A stretch of 64,000 nt of DNA, from positions 111,912,001-111,976,000 of the forward strand of contig NW_024704743.1 of assembly GCF_018977255.1 (NCBI RefSeq), given 5' to 3'. Position numbers and translations under genes: made by a program. Shown piece by piece: positions 52,599 through 64,000 of this stretch. The DNA is from Callorhinchus milii (lineage: Eukaryota). Below the pieces are notes generated by a model. The model did not search any database, was not told the DNA's origin, and worked only from the letters and a program-made list of their open reading frames with translations. Within the stretch, counting starts at the first letter, position 1. The number at the start of each line of letters is the position of its first letter.

Positions 52599-52758
52599 CT
52601 AATTTGCAGCATTTCAAACAGGGCTCCTTAATAAGGATTCCGATTCGAGCAAATGGCGTCTCCTTCTGGTAACTGGAAGAACATCACTCCGACCTGGGGA
52701 ACGCCACACCAACACCATTCCTCATTAAGGATTCCCATTAAGAAATGCTGCATGTTAG
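52599..52758. mobile_element. MITE-like element with terminal inverted repeats
   Basis: tgcagcatttcaaacagggctccttaataagga pairs with tcctcattaaggattcccattaagaaatgctgca. Confidence 0.65.
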
Positions 52759-52778
52759 AGACTGAAGTAGCTTATCTG

Positions 52779-52900
52779 CCTTCCCTCACCCCTACACCAC
52801 CCCTCCCCTATGCTCGGGCCCCGACATCTGACTGTTCAGCGCTTTGGGACGTCCTCCTGACGTGAAAAGCGCTCTATAAATGTAATTTTGTTATTGTTCT
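52779..52900 (+). mobile_element. L2 3'UTR/tail fragment
   Basis: tgctcggg...ctgttcagcgctttgggacgtcctcctgacgtgaaaagcgctctataaatg followed by a ttg-rich end; homologous to 26146-26241. Confidence 0.8.
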
Positions 52901-53522
52901 TATCATGCTTGCATGTTTCAAGATGCTTCACACAATGCGTGACAACAACAACTTGCATTTATACATGTAGGGAAACATCTCATAGTGCTTTAGAGGGACA
53001 GAGTTGGATGCCAAGCAAGGGAGATGGTGGGTAAGGAAGGTTCCCATGGAAGGGCTCAAATAGGAAGATGATATTTAAAGACAGAAAGACAGGAGCTGAG
53101 ACGGAATGGTAGAAAGAGAGCGTTCCAGAGGTTACAGAACTATGAAGGAAACAGGGACTATAACGTTTACTTTGAACTTCACTATGAAGTGTTGTGCCCA
53201 ATATTATATAGGCAAACACAACGGCTAAACTGTGCCGGACAAGTCACCAATCGTAATTTTTGGGGGAGTGTTAGGAGAAGGAGGAATATTGGCCAGGACT
53301 CTTGGGCGATCTTAAGTGTGGTCATGGTATCATTTACTTCCACCTGTGTAGGCTGGGATGACAGGATGAAGACTGTAACCTGTGATAAGTTAAACAGAGT
53401 AAAGTAGTTATCCCGCTAACCAGCACTCCTCTTCTGCATTCCACAGGCTGCCAAGTACAATGGGTGCACAGTTGGATTTGGGTCACACTGTTGTGACAAT
53501 CAGGGATCCAGCTGATTGTCAG

Positions 53523-53876
53523 CATAGCTCAGTTAGCAGCACTCTCACCTTCGAGCTCCAACACAGTGACTGGGGAGCACTGAATTGTTGGAGGTGGCGT
53601 GCTTCAGATGAGACATTAAATCAAATTTAGTCTGTCTGTTTAGCAGGATGTTAAAGATTCCATGGGACAATTCAAAAAGTGAAGGGAATTTCTTCCAGTA
53701 TCCCCCAAATAAAATTGATCATTCACTTCATGTTTGTGGGACATTGCTGTATTTCAAATTGCATTCCATATTTTCCAACAAAACACACAGTTGTTACAAT
53801 TTACAATAAATACTGTGAAGCACTTTGAGACGTTGCCTCGAAAGGTCTATATCAAATGTAAGCCCTATTACTATTT
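53523..53876 (+). mobile_element. Near-full-length SacSINE1-like Deu-SINE
   Basis: tagctcagttagcagcactctcacc head, ggaggtggcgtgcttcagatgagacattaaa central part, Deu core and tail. Confidence 0.8.
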
Positions 53877-54456
53877 ATCACACATGCAAAGAAGACAGCT
53901 TGTTCAGTTACTAGCCTGCCTCAGTGACTGTATTGATCAACAATGCAATGATTGTCATGGTCAAAACGAATGCAATCAGAGCGTCCAATTTTTACCCAAC
54001 ATTTCATATAACATGAAAACTAATTGAAAATCTCTATGTGCGTGGGATCTTTCAACTTTCAATCCAAGTTTATTTGATTTGATGTGAATATTGATATTAG
54101 TGAGTCCTACAAGTATTTTATTACTTTACTGTAAAATTTGACTTCAAACTGAGAGATTATTTGCCTTGTGATGTCCAGGCTGTTCAGTTTTCATTTGACT
54201 TACTTCTCTGAGTTCTGCTGTTCAGATCGCACAGCTGCAAAAATACTAACCAATGTTCAAATCCACAGCAAAGAGAGAGCAAAGCCTGAGCCTACTCATA
54301 TTCACAGAGATTGTGCACAGAATATTTTCATTTGTTTTTTTTCCCCAGGAGGATTTCAAGTGCTCCGAGATGCTGTCCGGCGTGAAAGGCACTATATAAA
54401 TCCAAGTTGTTGTTTCGTAATATATGTAAAGCCATTGACATACAGTGCTCACAGAA

Positions 54457-54897
54457 ATAACAACATAATGCATTTGATTGCCTTAATTGCATTTGAATTT
54501 GTGCCTTTCATCTCAGGATGCCTCGAAGCATTTCACAGAATTGACAGTGAAGTGTAGTGACTGTGTATGTTGTAGATGACGAAGCAGCCAATTTGCTTAC
54601 AGCAACGATTTACAAACACCTAAACTCAAAGACCGATTTTAGCTGAGGGATAATTGGCAGGACACGGGGAGAAACTCGCTTCACGTTTTGAATAGTGTCA
54701 TGGGATTTCTAACAACAACTTGAACAGGATCTTGACTGAATGTCTTATCCGAAGGACAGCATCTGTGACAATGCAGTGCATCCCCAGCATTGTATTGGGA
54801 GTGTGAGCCTAGACAATGAGCTCAAAGACCCTCGTAGGGCCTGAACCCCTCACCTTTTGTCTTTAATGAGATGTGAATGCTAGCAACTGAGCTAGGC
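54457..54897 (-). mobile_element. Near-full-length SacSINE1-like Deu-SINE
   Basis: Reverse complement of the tail, gcagccaatttgc core, gtcttatccgaaggacagcatctgtgacaatgcagtgcatcccc and head cctgaacccctcacctt...gctagcaactgagcta. Confidence 0.8.
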
Positions 54898-55704
54898 TGT
54901 TCAATGTATTAAAATTATGCAAACTGAGCATCCCTTTACCTTACATGTAATTTCAATTATGTTTCAAAAACTAAATCTTTGGCGTTGCAAAGAAAAACCC
55001 TTTTGAGTGGTGAAAGTAATTTGAATTCACATACTTTTTGAATTTCCCGTTTTTGTGTAAATTGAAACATACTCCATTCATCATGCTAAATTTGATCTGT
55101 AATATCCTCCACTAGAAATGTTCTGAAAATTATATTTGAAGATGTTTTTTGGCAGAGAACACACAAATCCTATCGCAGCAAAATATATCTTGCACTTAAA
55201 GGGTTAACAATCCAATCCAACCTTTGATGATGTACAGTGATATTTCTCTGTTTTACAGCAAGCGTTTAATACCTCATATCTTATACTCTTGACTGCTGAT
55301 GTAGAGATTTGGACTGGAAATGAATAAAATTAATTAAATAAACTCAATGTATCTTATATTGTTATTGCCGTGACCCCTGCATCTAACGAATGCCAATTTA
55401 GCACATTGCACTTCCTTACATGAGGAGGGGTTCATTCAAAACGGAAGGGGATTCAAAAAAATCACATTCATCTGAAAACACAAATGTACCATTGCTGTTA
55501 TTGGGTGCTCACAAAATAAAACAATTTAGTGTAATTAACCGTCGTTCTCTGAAGATAAATATATCCAAAGAAACTGGAATCACTGGTTAAAGAGTCAATG
55601 CGTTCGAGCACGTTGGCAATCTCGTTACAGGATTGATTAACTGAACGAGTTTCTCATTTGAGTTCCCCTTCCTCATTGCTGAGAATCGGAACTCACACGG
55701 GCCA

Positions 55705-56034
55705 GGTTGACACTCCAATCCAGTGCTGGGGGAGCACTGAATTGGCGGAGGTGCTGTCCTTCAGATGAAACATTAAACCTAAGTCCCACCCGCTTGTTCA
55801 GGTGGACGTTAAAGATCCCATGGCGCTATTCGAAAAGAGAAGGGAATTTCGGCCAGTTTTCTGACTAATAATCCCCCAAATAAAATGAGTTATTTATTTC
55901 ATGGCTGTATGCAAATTGGCTCCCCCAAACACACGCGATACTACTTTTTACAGTATATCCCGTGAAGCACTTTGAGATGTCTTCCTGATGTGAAACATGC
56001 TATACAAATGCAAGGGTTATTATTACTATTATTT
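55705..56034 (+). mobile_element. SacSINE1-like Deu-SINE, 5'-truncated
   Basis: gacactccaatccagtgctgggggagcactg...caggtggacgttaaagatcccatggcgctattcgaa...tail. Confidence 0.85.
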
Positions 56035-56137
56035 TTGTGGCTGGACTGTCTCAATTATGTTTCAGCCAAAGTTCGATGCAATTTTGTACGAGGTGTTTCT
56101 TTGGCGGTCAGCTGGGTGTCACAAGGAAACCAATCAT

Positions 56138-56285
56138 CATGCTTAAGAGTATTCAGACTAAGCTGAGATTTCCAGGCATCCCACCTACACATGGCAATCC
56201 CAGAGATGTAATGATTGGAATGTAATGCACACTTTCTCTGGTGGGACACATCCTACTTACCTAATTCCGGAAAGTATTAGGTGCA
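56138..56285 (+). repeat. Dispersed ~150-bp repeat, copy 1 (copy 2 at 60166-60305)
   Basis: cttaagagtat...aagctgagattt...gcatcccacctacacatg...aatcccagagat...cctaattccggaaagtattag is shared by both copies in direct orientation. Confidence 0.85.
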
Positions 56286-59200
56286 GGTTGGCAAAAGCCA
56301 AGGCTTGGGAACCCCAGAGTATGCGTTGGGGTACTGCTGAAGTCCAGCCAGCTAAAACCACATAGCTTGCCATAGTTGGTTGACTCCTGGAATAGGGATT
56401 ATTGGGAGAGTGTTGAGGAGACAGGAGACATTGTCATTGCTCAGGCGATGCCCTGATTGACAGTAGGCTTCAGTGGGAGTATTTTCATCGGTAAGGGGCA
56501 TTGTTAGTTACGAAGCTTTATAAAAATTCCTACAGATTCCGCGACCTGAATCGGAACATGCCAGAAACGTGCATCACGCGACAAACCAGATGGAGGTAAA
56601 TTGATCATTTAATATTATTATATATATCACGGATTAAGATGTATGTAATTCAAAATGTACGAAAATTTGCGCTTTATGTAAGCAAAGTTTTGTTCAGTAT
56701 GGGTCGGTGCCAAACAGATTCAATTGTATTTTCCTGCAGTTTTTTCTTAATTAATGCACTCTAATATCAAAAACTATGTCAATCTTGTTGGCTGGTGCAA
56801 GCCGCCAACAGAGGACAAAGCTTTGCTGACAGCTTACTTATTCGTTCTGTGTTTTTCCATCTTCCTCGCACTTTGCCTTCTTCAGCTCTATTATACCCTG
56901 GGTGCTGCCCTGTTTTCACTAAGCAGCTTCCACTACTTGATCTCTGCTTCATCTACTCGGCAGACCCAGGCATTTGTTGGGCCTATTAGCACAGCGGGAG
57001 CCTTATCATATTTTCTATCTGTGGCTGTTGGAGATGTCAAGAGATGGGAAATGCTGTGCAGGCTTTCATGCTCCCTCCCTGCACTTTCTCTGCTAGCACG
57101 CGTTGAATTTGTGTCAATGCCTTCCCACCGTTAGCCACTGGAATCTCCTTAAATATGTCTAGGTTTGCCATCTGTACGAATAATGCTGCCGAGGCTTAGC
57201 TGTGATTAAGCTGTCAAGATTTATTAAGTTAAAAAGTATCAAAGTTTCTCGCTGTAACCCCTGACCTCAACAGGGCCCACCTCCTCCCCTGCTCCCCGCC
57301 CTCCCCCAAAATATCGCGACCGGCATGCCTCAGTTGACCTTGACCAATGCGTGCGCCCAAGGAAGACTAATGAATTTTGGCCGATTCATCATGAAACTCC
57401 AAATTTAATCAAGACGACACGGCGGGGAAAGCTGGCTATGATTAACTCTTAAACTTTGGATAATCTGTTAATTTTAGCAAAGGTGGCGTGATCCTGTGGT
57501 TAGCGCAAAGCCTCTTTACTCAAAACAAAATCTGCCAGTCGGTCATACTTTCTGCCGCTACTTTGTGAAGTTCAAGCGCTTTGGGACTTCCTCCCGATGC
57601 GAGAGAGTGTAAATTGTATTGTATTGCTGGTTGTGCAACAACTCCAGGAATAAATTGCCGTTGGCAGTCTGTTAAAATAAAAATAAAACTTACTGCAGCC
57701 ATACGAATCAAAAGGCTGATGTATATCTGCACCTCCCATGAAGCCACGATTTTTATTAGTGGCTTTCATGGAGTGATCTGAATTTAATAAAGAGATTTCA
57801 GCACTGAAAAACAATACCAGGAAGCACGCATTTTAAATAATAAGATTAAACAAAAATTGAGAGTTTAATGTGTGAATTGTACAAAACAAATTCGCTGAAA
57901 CGATCTCTGCTCCTCCATCCAGCAAGATTACTGCAGCACTGTAGTGAGGAAAATACAGAGGAAGCACTCCAAGGCAACCGAGGTCTTCCCAGTGAGTGAT
58001 GTTTCATCTCATAACTCAAATGCACCGACTGGCTCACAAATGGAAAAGATCTCATAAGGCATTCCTCACAAATCATCACGTCCGTTCATAATATCTAGGA
58101 GGCACTTTATCCCCCCTCAGTCCCTCCCTCTTTCTCTCGCCCCCCCCACCCCGCAACTTCCTGACAAAGTGCAAGTGTCAGAAATGTCCAGATTTCTTTC
58201 CTGCCTTCCGCGACTCTGATATTAGATGTCAATTGTGCTGTTGCACTTGTGATATTTCATCTCCTTTGTTCTTCATTACTGACCACCTCCTCACATAGCC
58301 AGCCAGCTTCCCCTGACAAGATGTCAGACCCTCTCCAAACATGGAAATGGGGAGAGATCTGGCACCTAAAATGGAACCTTATGTACTACTGGACAGAAAC
58401 CAGGATATAAACAGCATAAGAGGCTTGACAATGTAGTCTATAAATATTTTAAAAGAGGGCAACCCCGTTCATGCATATCACAGAATACCACACCATATAT
58501 ACGGTTACTACACTTCACAGTAAATCCTATGAAACACTTTGAGATGTGCAGATAGGTCCTTACAAATGTGACTTCTTGTTGTTTCGAATTGTACATTTGC
58601 ATCTCATGGTGTTATATAAAGTGGATGGAGCAGGAGGAGAAACTATATAGATGTTACAGCCTTTTGCTTGTCTTAAATGTGCACAAGGGCAGCACAAACC
58701 AACTTCCTGCCATGCATACATCTGCAGTTCACCTCTTGACTGCCCATTATTCTCTATTTACACCACTCATTTGCAGATACAGACTGTTGAACAAATTTTT
58801 GCAATTCAACAATCCTGAATTTGCATAATTTATTCATCTTCAGGGACTGGGATGACTTTCCTATAATCCCCTTGAACTGAACTACCCCAATCATCGCTCT
58901 GAAAGCACTAGGAGCAAGAAATTCCTCTTGCCGCTCCTTGTGCCGCAGTCACTTGGATAGTTTCTGCCTTGGGCTCGCAATGAGACGTTCCTGCTCCTGA
59001 TGCACATGGTTGCTACACTTCGTGGCAAAAAAAATTTCCACACTCTATATTTCGATAATTTGTCACAGGACTAGTGCAATTTTTTAAGCTTTGTAATTCA
59101 CTGGTGTAAATGTTATTGAAATAAAAATATACTTTATTATTATGACCTTATGAGTAAGTACTGCTAACAGGGTCTCCTCCACACTTTGTTAAACATTAAA

Positions 59201-59648
59201 AAGGTCATAAAGGATCTGAGCTAAACAATGGACTCCTATATTGGCAATTAACAGTAAGGTTGAATGTCAGCACTCTTAACATGTATTTATGTTTTCTTAA
59301 TATTTAAAGCGCAATAATGCACGGAGCTGAAATATTTAAATGAGCTTTGTGTCAAATTATCAAACTATATCAACTTGAAGACTGTGTGTAGCCTAATTCG
59401 TTTTAAACCCCCAACTATAATCCTTATAGTTTATAATTATTTTGCCTATTAGGACTTACACAACCAAACGGTATAGCACGGCTCCATACTGATCCAGTGA
59501 TACATAGATTTGCATAGAATTACACAGGCTATAGAGCAGGACATTCGGCACAACTTGTCCAGGCTTATATTCTATACCGCCCCCACCATTCCTAATCCCC
59601 TCTTCCCATACCCCTCTATTCCCTGCTCTCTCTTCCGCGCTACCTTCC

Positions 59649-59956
59649 AACAACAACAATAACAAATTATATTTATATAGCGCCTTTCTCATCAAAAGGA
59701 CATCCCAAGGTGCTGGACAGTTAAGAGTTTGCATCCGAGCTGGGAGTTGTAATCAAGAGGGTTGGAGAGTAAGGGAAGTGGGCAGGTGGGAGTGTGGCCA
59801 AATGACACGGTGAAAGAGGAAGATCTTCAAGGAGGCAAGGGAGGGTCCGAGGTGTAGGGATTCAGGGATGGATTTCCAAAGGGTGAGGGCAGAAAAGCTG
59901 AAGACCTATTCACTAATGGTGGGGCAGACATAGTGTGGGACATGGAGCAGGCTAGT
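59649..59956 (-). mobile_element. Degenerate L2 3' end
   Basis: (aac)n, atttatatagcgcctttc...ggacatcccaaggtgctggacagtt and a purine-rich reverse complement of the L2 ORF2 end. Confidence 0.75.
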
Positions 59957-60165
59957 GCCCCATCTCCCGCTCTAATTTTAGCTCTGCTCCTCCAGCCTCC
60001 ACCAGTTACAATGGTTTGTGCTACTCCTCACCAGATCTCAATGATTCTCATCAAATGTACTGTAAACCCACCACCAATTCAGCTACCCGACAGTTTCTAG
60101 CTCAGAGAACAGATTTTCAAGATTTTTTTTGGTGGGGTGGTCTGCTGGGTGCTTGACACATCACC

Positions 60166-60305
60166 ATACTTAAGAGTATCCAAATCAAGCTGAGATTTAC
60201 ATGCATCCCACCTACACATGAAAATCCCAGAGATAGATTGCTGGAATGGAATGCACATTCTCTCCTTAGAGGAACGCATCCTAATTCCAGAAAGTATTAG
60301 ATGTA
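60166..60305 (+). repeat. Dispersed ~150-bp repeat, copy 2
   Basis: Homologous to 56138-56285. Confidence 0.85.
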
Positions 60306-60689
60306 TTTTCAAGATGGTGAAACTCATTCCTCTATGGAGGGGTAAAAAATGCTTTATTTCTCTCCAGTCCTGGGGGAGTATTACAGCCACAACAGCATAA
60401 GTCAAATTTAAGGTAATAAAAACTACAATACACTTATTTTATTATCACACTTTATGTTACTCTTGTGGTATCAATAAAATAGTCAGTAGTAAATATATCA
60501 ACAACGGAATCTATCCCACGTATGAGCAGGACCTATTTAAACCAATGTGCTCATGTTACTTTTGGGCCACATTCTGTGTGTAACAGCTCCTTTTTGAGTA
60601 TCCACTAGATGCTTAGTTATTTAAGGTGTTATTTTTTAACAGTGCTCACAATCTCAAAATTTGCTAGCAAGAAAGAGACTCCTCCAATT

Positions 60690-60866
60690 GAATCTCTTAC
60701 CCAGAGGGTAATTAACAACTGGAACAGGTTGCCAGGAAGGTTGAGACAAGCGCACTGGATTCATTTAGAAAGCAAATTGATGCTGTGATGGGAAGACATT
60801 AGGATGGGTGTTCTAGAGAGATGAGATTAGATGGACCTTCTTCATCCAAACCAACCCTGTGATCTC
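60690..60866 (+). mobile_element. CR1 LINE 3' end
   Basis: acccagagggtaattaacaactggaacaggttgcca translates TQRVINNWNRLP, followed by an SFRKQIDAVM-like end and 3'UTR. Confidence 0.75.
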
Positions 60867-61967
60867 AACGACATGGAACATGAGAGAAGTAACAGAGATC
60901 ACCTTAATGTTCTGAATAACAGAGCCCAGCATTGTCCTTTACGTAGGTTAAGGCTACAGGACGTGGGTGGTAACTTCACGTAACTGCTCCTCATGCCCAA
61001 TGCCATTTGCCACACTTTGAGAAGGACTAATTAGTAACATATTGATTTGGATTTGATATCATTCAATGTATTTATTGTTTGTTAATAATTACAAAAATGC
61101 ATTTTCAATAAGAGTTTTAAGCAACTTAAAGGGGAATGGTAAGACTTAGGGTAATTTCTCTATTCAATATAATCCAACAGCTCCAATGGAAAACGAGATG
61201 GTTGTATAAAAAAAACTACCTTCTACACAATATCCTTGTGTTTTGAGTATGACCGAGACCAGGCTTTTCCTCTCCTGGCAGCTGTGACTGTTGAGAGGAT
61301 ACTAAGACTGGCTCCATTTGTTGCACTTGTTGCTCTGCCCGGAACTCAATCTGTAACCATCTACAGCTCACCTGTGCTGTGTTTTCCTGTCAGATGCACA
61401 GCAATCTATTCAGGCTCCAGATACGTCACACAACAACGACAATTGATAAAAATAGACATCTTTTCATTGCACGTTTATAATAATAGGAAATCCCATTATA
61501 AACGTGGAACAAAAAGTCTCCTATTTTTAGCGATCGCCACACGATAGACTCCTGAGTTTACAGAAACACAAATTATTTCACGTCAGCCTGCCTTAAATGT
61601 GCAGTTTGAGTTAATGGCTGCATAAGCAAATTGTTCCACATCCTGTTGGGTTACATTGCATGTTGAATGTTTGGGTTGGCTTAGAATATTAATTTTACAA
61701 CAGGATATGCTTGTTTTTCAACAGTAGGTCCCATAAGATAGATAACTGCTGCTGAGATGCTTCTGTTTGCTTTCTTTCTTTATGTTTCAAGCAAAGGTTC
61801 CCTAGATAAAATTCCCCTTATTTCCCTTGTTACTCTAAAAGGAAATCACTTCCAGAAACACACTGCTGTATCCCACATCGTGAAAGGTTTGGGTTTGTTC
61901 TGCATTATCTAGGCTGATGATGCACTCACTGCATGGAACACTATACCAGTGATGGTGCAAAAAATAT

Positions 61968-62042
61968 AACAACAACAAGATTTCATTTATAGAGCACCTT
62001 TCACGTCGGGAGGACGTCCCAAGGCGCTGGACAGTTGGGCCG
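61968..62042 (-). mobile_element. L2 3' tail
   Basis: (aac)n aagatttcatttatagagcacctttcacgtcgggaggacgtcccaaggcgctggacagttggg. Confidence 0.85.
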
Positions 62043-62344
62043 ACTGCAGGGAACCTGTCAAATGGTATCTCCAATGGAATTGACATTTGAACTTATTAAA
62101 TCACCTTGTGGTGTTGTATGAGAATCATTTTAATTATGTAATGGCGTTGTCTGTATATAATGATTTATATCCTCAGTCAAACAAAAACCAATGACAGGTC
62201 CTGGCAATCTAACTCCAACAATCTGAGCAACGCTAAATGGCTCTGTACAGAGGCCACCTCTTTGGGTCGAGGTAAAATTGTTCTTAGTGTGATTTTGAGT
62301 GTTTAAAGAGTCTGGTTATTGACGGGAGTTACGTGCTTTGTTTA

Positions 62345-62545
62345 TAATAATAATCCTGGCATTTGACATAGTGCCTTTCACGTCGGGCGAATGTCTTAAA
62401 TCACTGTGCAGGATTCACTATAAAGTTTAGTAACTGTGTTTTGTAGGCAAACCAATTTGGGCATAGCAATGGCCAGGACACTGGGAGAATCTCCCTTCCG
62501 TTTTCCAATATTGCTGTGGGAAATGAAATGTCCACCTGAACTTGA
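62345..62545 (-). mobile_element. Deu-SINE fragment
   Basis: Reverse-complement tail plus ggccaggacactgggagaa...tccacctgaac. Confidence 0.75.
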
Positions 62546-62675
62546 AAAGGTGGTTTATATAAACTAATACATCATGGCCAGGTCCACAAATGAAAAACAT
62601 ATGTGCATCTCTGATTATGTCACCCAATCCCCAAATAACAAGAGAGGTTTGGATAAAGAAGGTTCTTTAGCCCTT

Positions 62676-62985
62676 AGAACCACAGAAATTTACAGCACTG
62701 AAGAATAAGGCCATTCATCCCTTCATGTCTGTGCTGGCTCTTTTAAGAACAATCCTTTCAGTCCCATTTACCTGCCCCTTCCCATTACCCATGTAGCTTA
62801 TCTTTTTTTAGATATTTGTCCGGTCCCCTTTTGAAACCTTAGCTGGATTCTGCCTCAACCATCGGTAAACAAAGAAACAAATGAACAGCACATTTGATAT
62901 AATCCTTCCATCATCAAGCTGTTTGCCAAAAGAGTCCATCGTCCTGGCTTCAGCCACTCTTCCTGGCAGCCTGTTCCAGTCTTTC
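62676..62985 (-). mobile_element. CR1 LINE 3' end fragments
   Basis: cacagaaatttacagcactgaagaataaggccattcatcccttcatgtctgtgctggctc...tctgcctcaacca...ctggcagcctgttcca, the typical reverse complement of a CR1 3' terminus. Confidence 0.7.
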
Positions 62986-63679
62986 CTTGTTGAACAGCCA
63001 AGTATTGTACGTTATTTTATTATGGGTGTTACAGAAAATGGGCACTTGGAGTAATCACACTACAAGAAGTGTTGTTGCCAAAATAACCATTCTGTTAGTA
63101 ATTGTAAACAGATGTCCTCTGCTGCATGTTCCCCACCCGATCTGACCCACCATCAGAGGGTGAGTTTTCAGCTATTCTGCCACCCCCCACCCCTCACTCC
63201 CAGTTACTGGTACTGCATCCAAGAGGTCCTTTACCTTGCTGTTGTCTCCCCACATTTAAAGCCCACCTTAAGGTCTATCTTTCACAAGCACTTTGAGATG
63301 TCCTCCTGATGTGGAAGGTGCTTTGTAAATGTATATTGCTATTGAAATGTGAATGGAGATGGGAGAATTCCTGCTAATAATTTTTAAAACAGATTTATTA
63401 TTCACAATATAAATGATCACAAATGTGTAAGGAAGAAAGATGTGATAAAACAATGTCTGCTATGGGGTATCTGCCACGTTCCATAATTATATGTTATGCA
63501 GCATTACAGCAAACACAAGAGGCTCAGCTGGGAGAGGGAAGAGGTTAATTAGTAGGGGGTAGGTCACTAGGGTCTATTCCACGCTGGAGGCCTTCTGGCC
63601 CGTTGAACATACAATGCTTAAAAAATAAGTAACTGGAATAACAAGATCCCACATTGACATGAGAGTGTATCTTAACAGT

Positions 63680-64000
63680 TAATAATATTAATCCTTTTAT
63701 TGAATACTGTACGTCTCAAAGCGCTTTCCACAATTTACTGCAATATCCCACAAAATGCCACAAACTCAATAAACAATTCTATCTGGGGAATTGTTAGCCA
63801 GGACACTGGGAGAAACTGCCTTCACTTTTTGAGTAGTTCTATAGGATCTTTAATGTCTTCCTAAACAGGCAAACGGGACTTTGGTTTAAGGTCTCGTCTG
63901 AAGAGATGACACCTCTGACAATGCAATGCTTCCCCAGCACTGTGTTCGAGTGTCATTCGAGAATACGTGAGCTCCAAGTCCTGACGTGGAGCTTGGATCC
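63680..64000 (-). mobile_element. SacSINE1-like Deu-SINE (runs off the window)
   Basis: gtctcaaagcgctttc...gccaggacactgggagaaac...ggtttaaggtctcgtctgaagagatgacacctctgacaatgcaatgcttcccc. Confidence 0.8.

Overview
Eukaryotic, AT-rich vertebrate DNA. The repeat content (tRNA-headed Deu-domain SINEs sharing a 3' tail with L2 LINEs, plus CR1 3' ends) points to a cartilaginous fish, probably a chimaera such as Callorhinchus; this is inference. I find no intact protein-coding gene. The ORF-track entries are low-complexity or chance frames, and the only real coding remnant is a 5'-truncated L2 ORF2 C-terminus at about 25.74-26.09 kb. The main feature is a large CpG- and microsatellite-rich promoter domain at about 10.2-18.8 kb. 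It carries several candidate non-coding 5' exons on the minus strand, tentatively the 5' end of a FoxP gene such as foxp1, judged from remembered resemblance only. It also has plus-strand splice donors suggesting antisense or divergent transcription. A second CpG island lies at about 20.7-21.5 kb. The rest looks like first-intron and gene-desert sequence with enhancer-like motif clusters, about 20 SINE copies, L2/CR1 fragments, MITEs and ancient hairpin repeats. I cannot support a novel multi-gene system. The best leads are small: nested or templated insertion events, AG|GT ratchet-like splice sites, hairpin elements and an unclassified structured A-tailed insertion.
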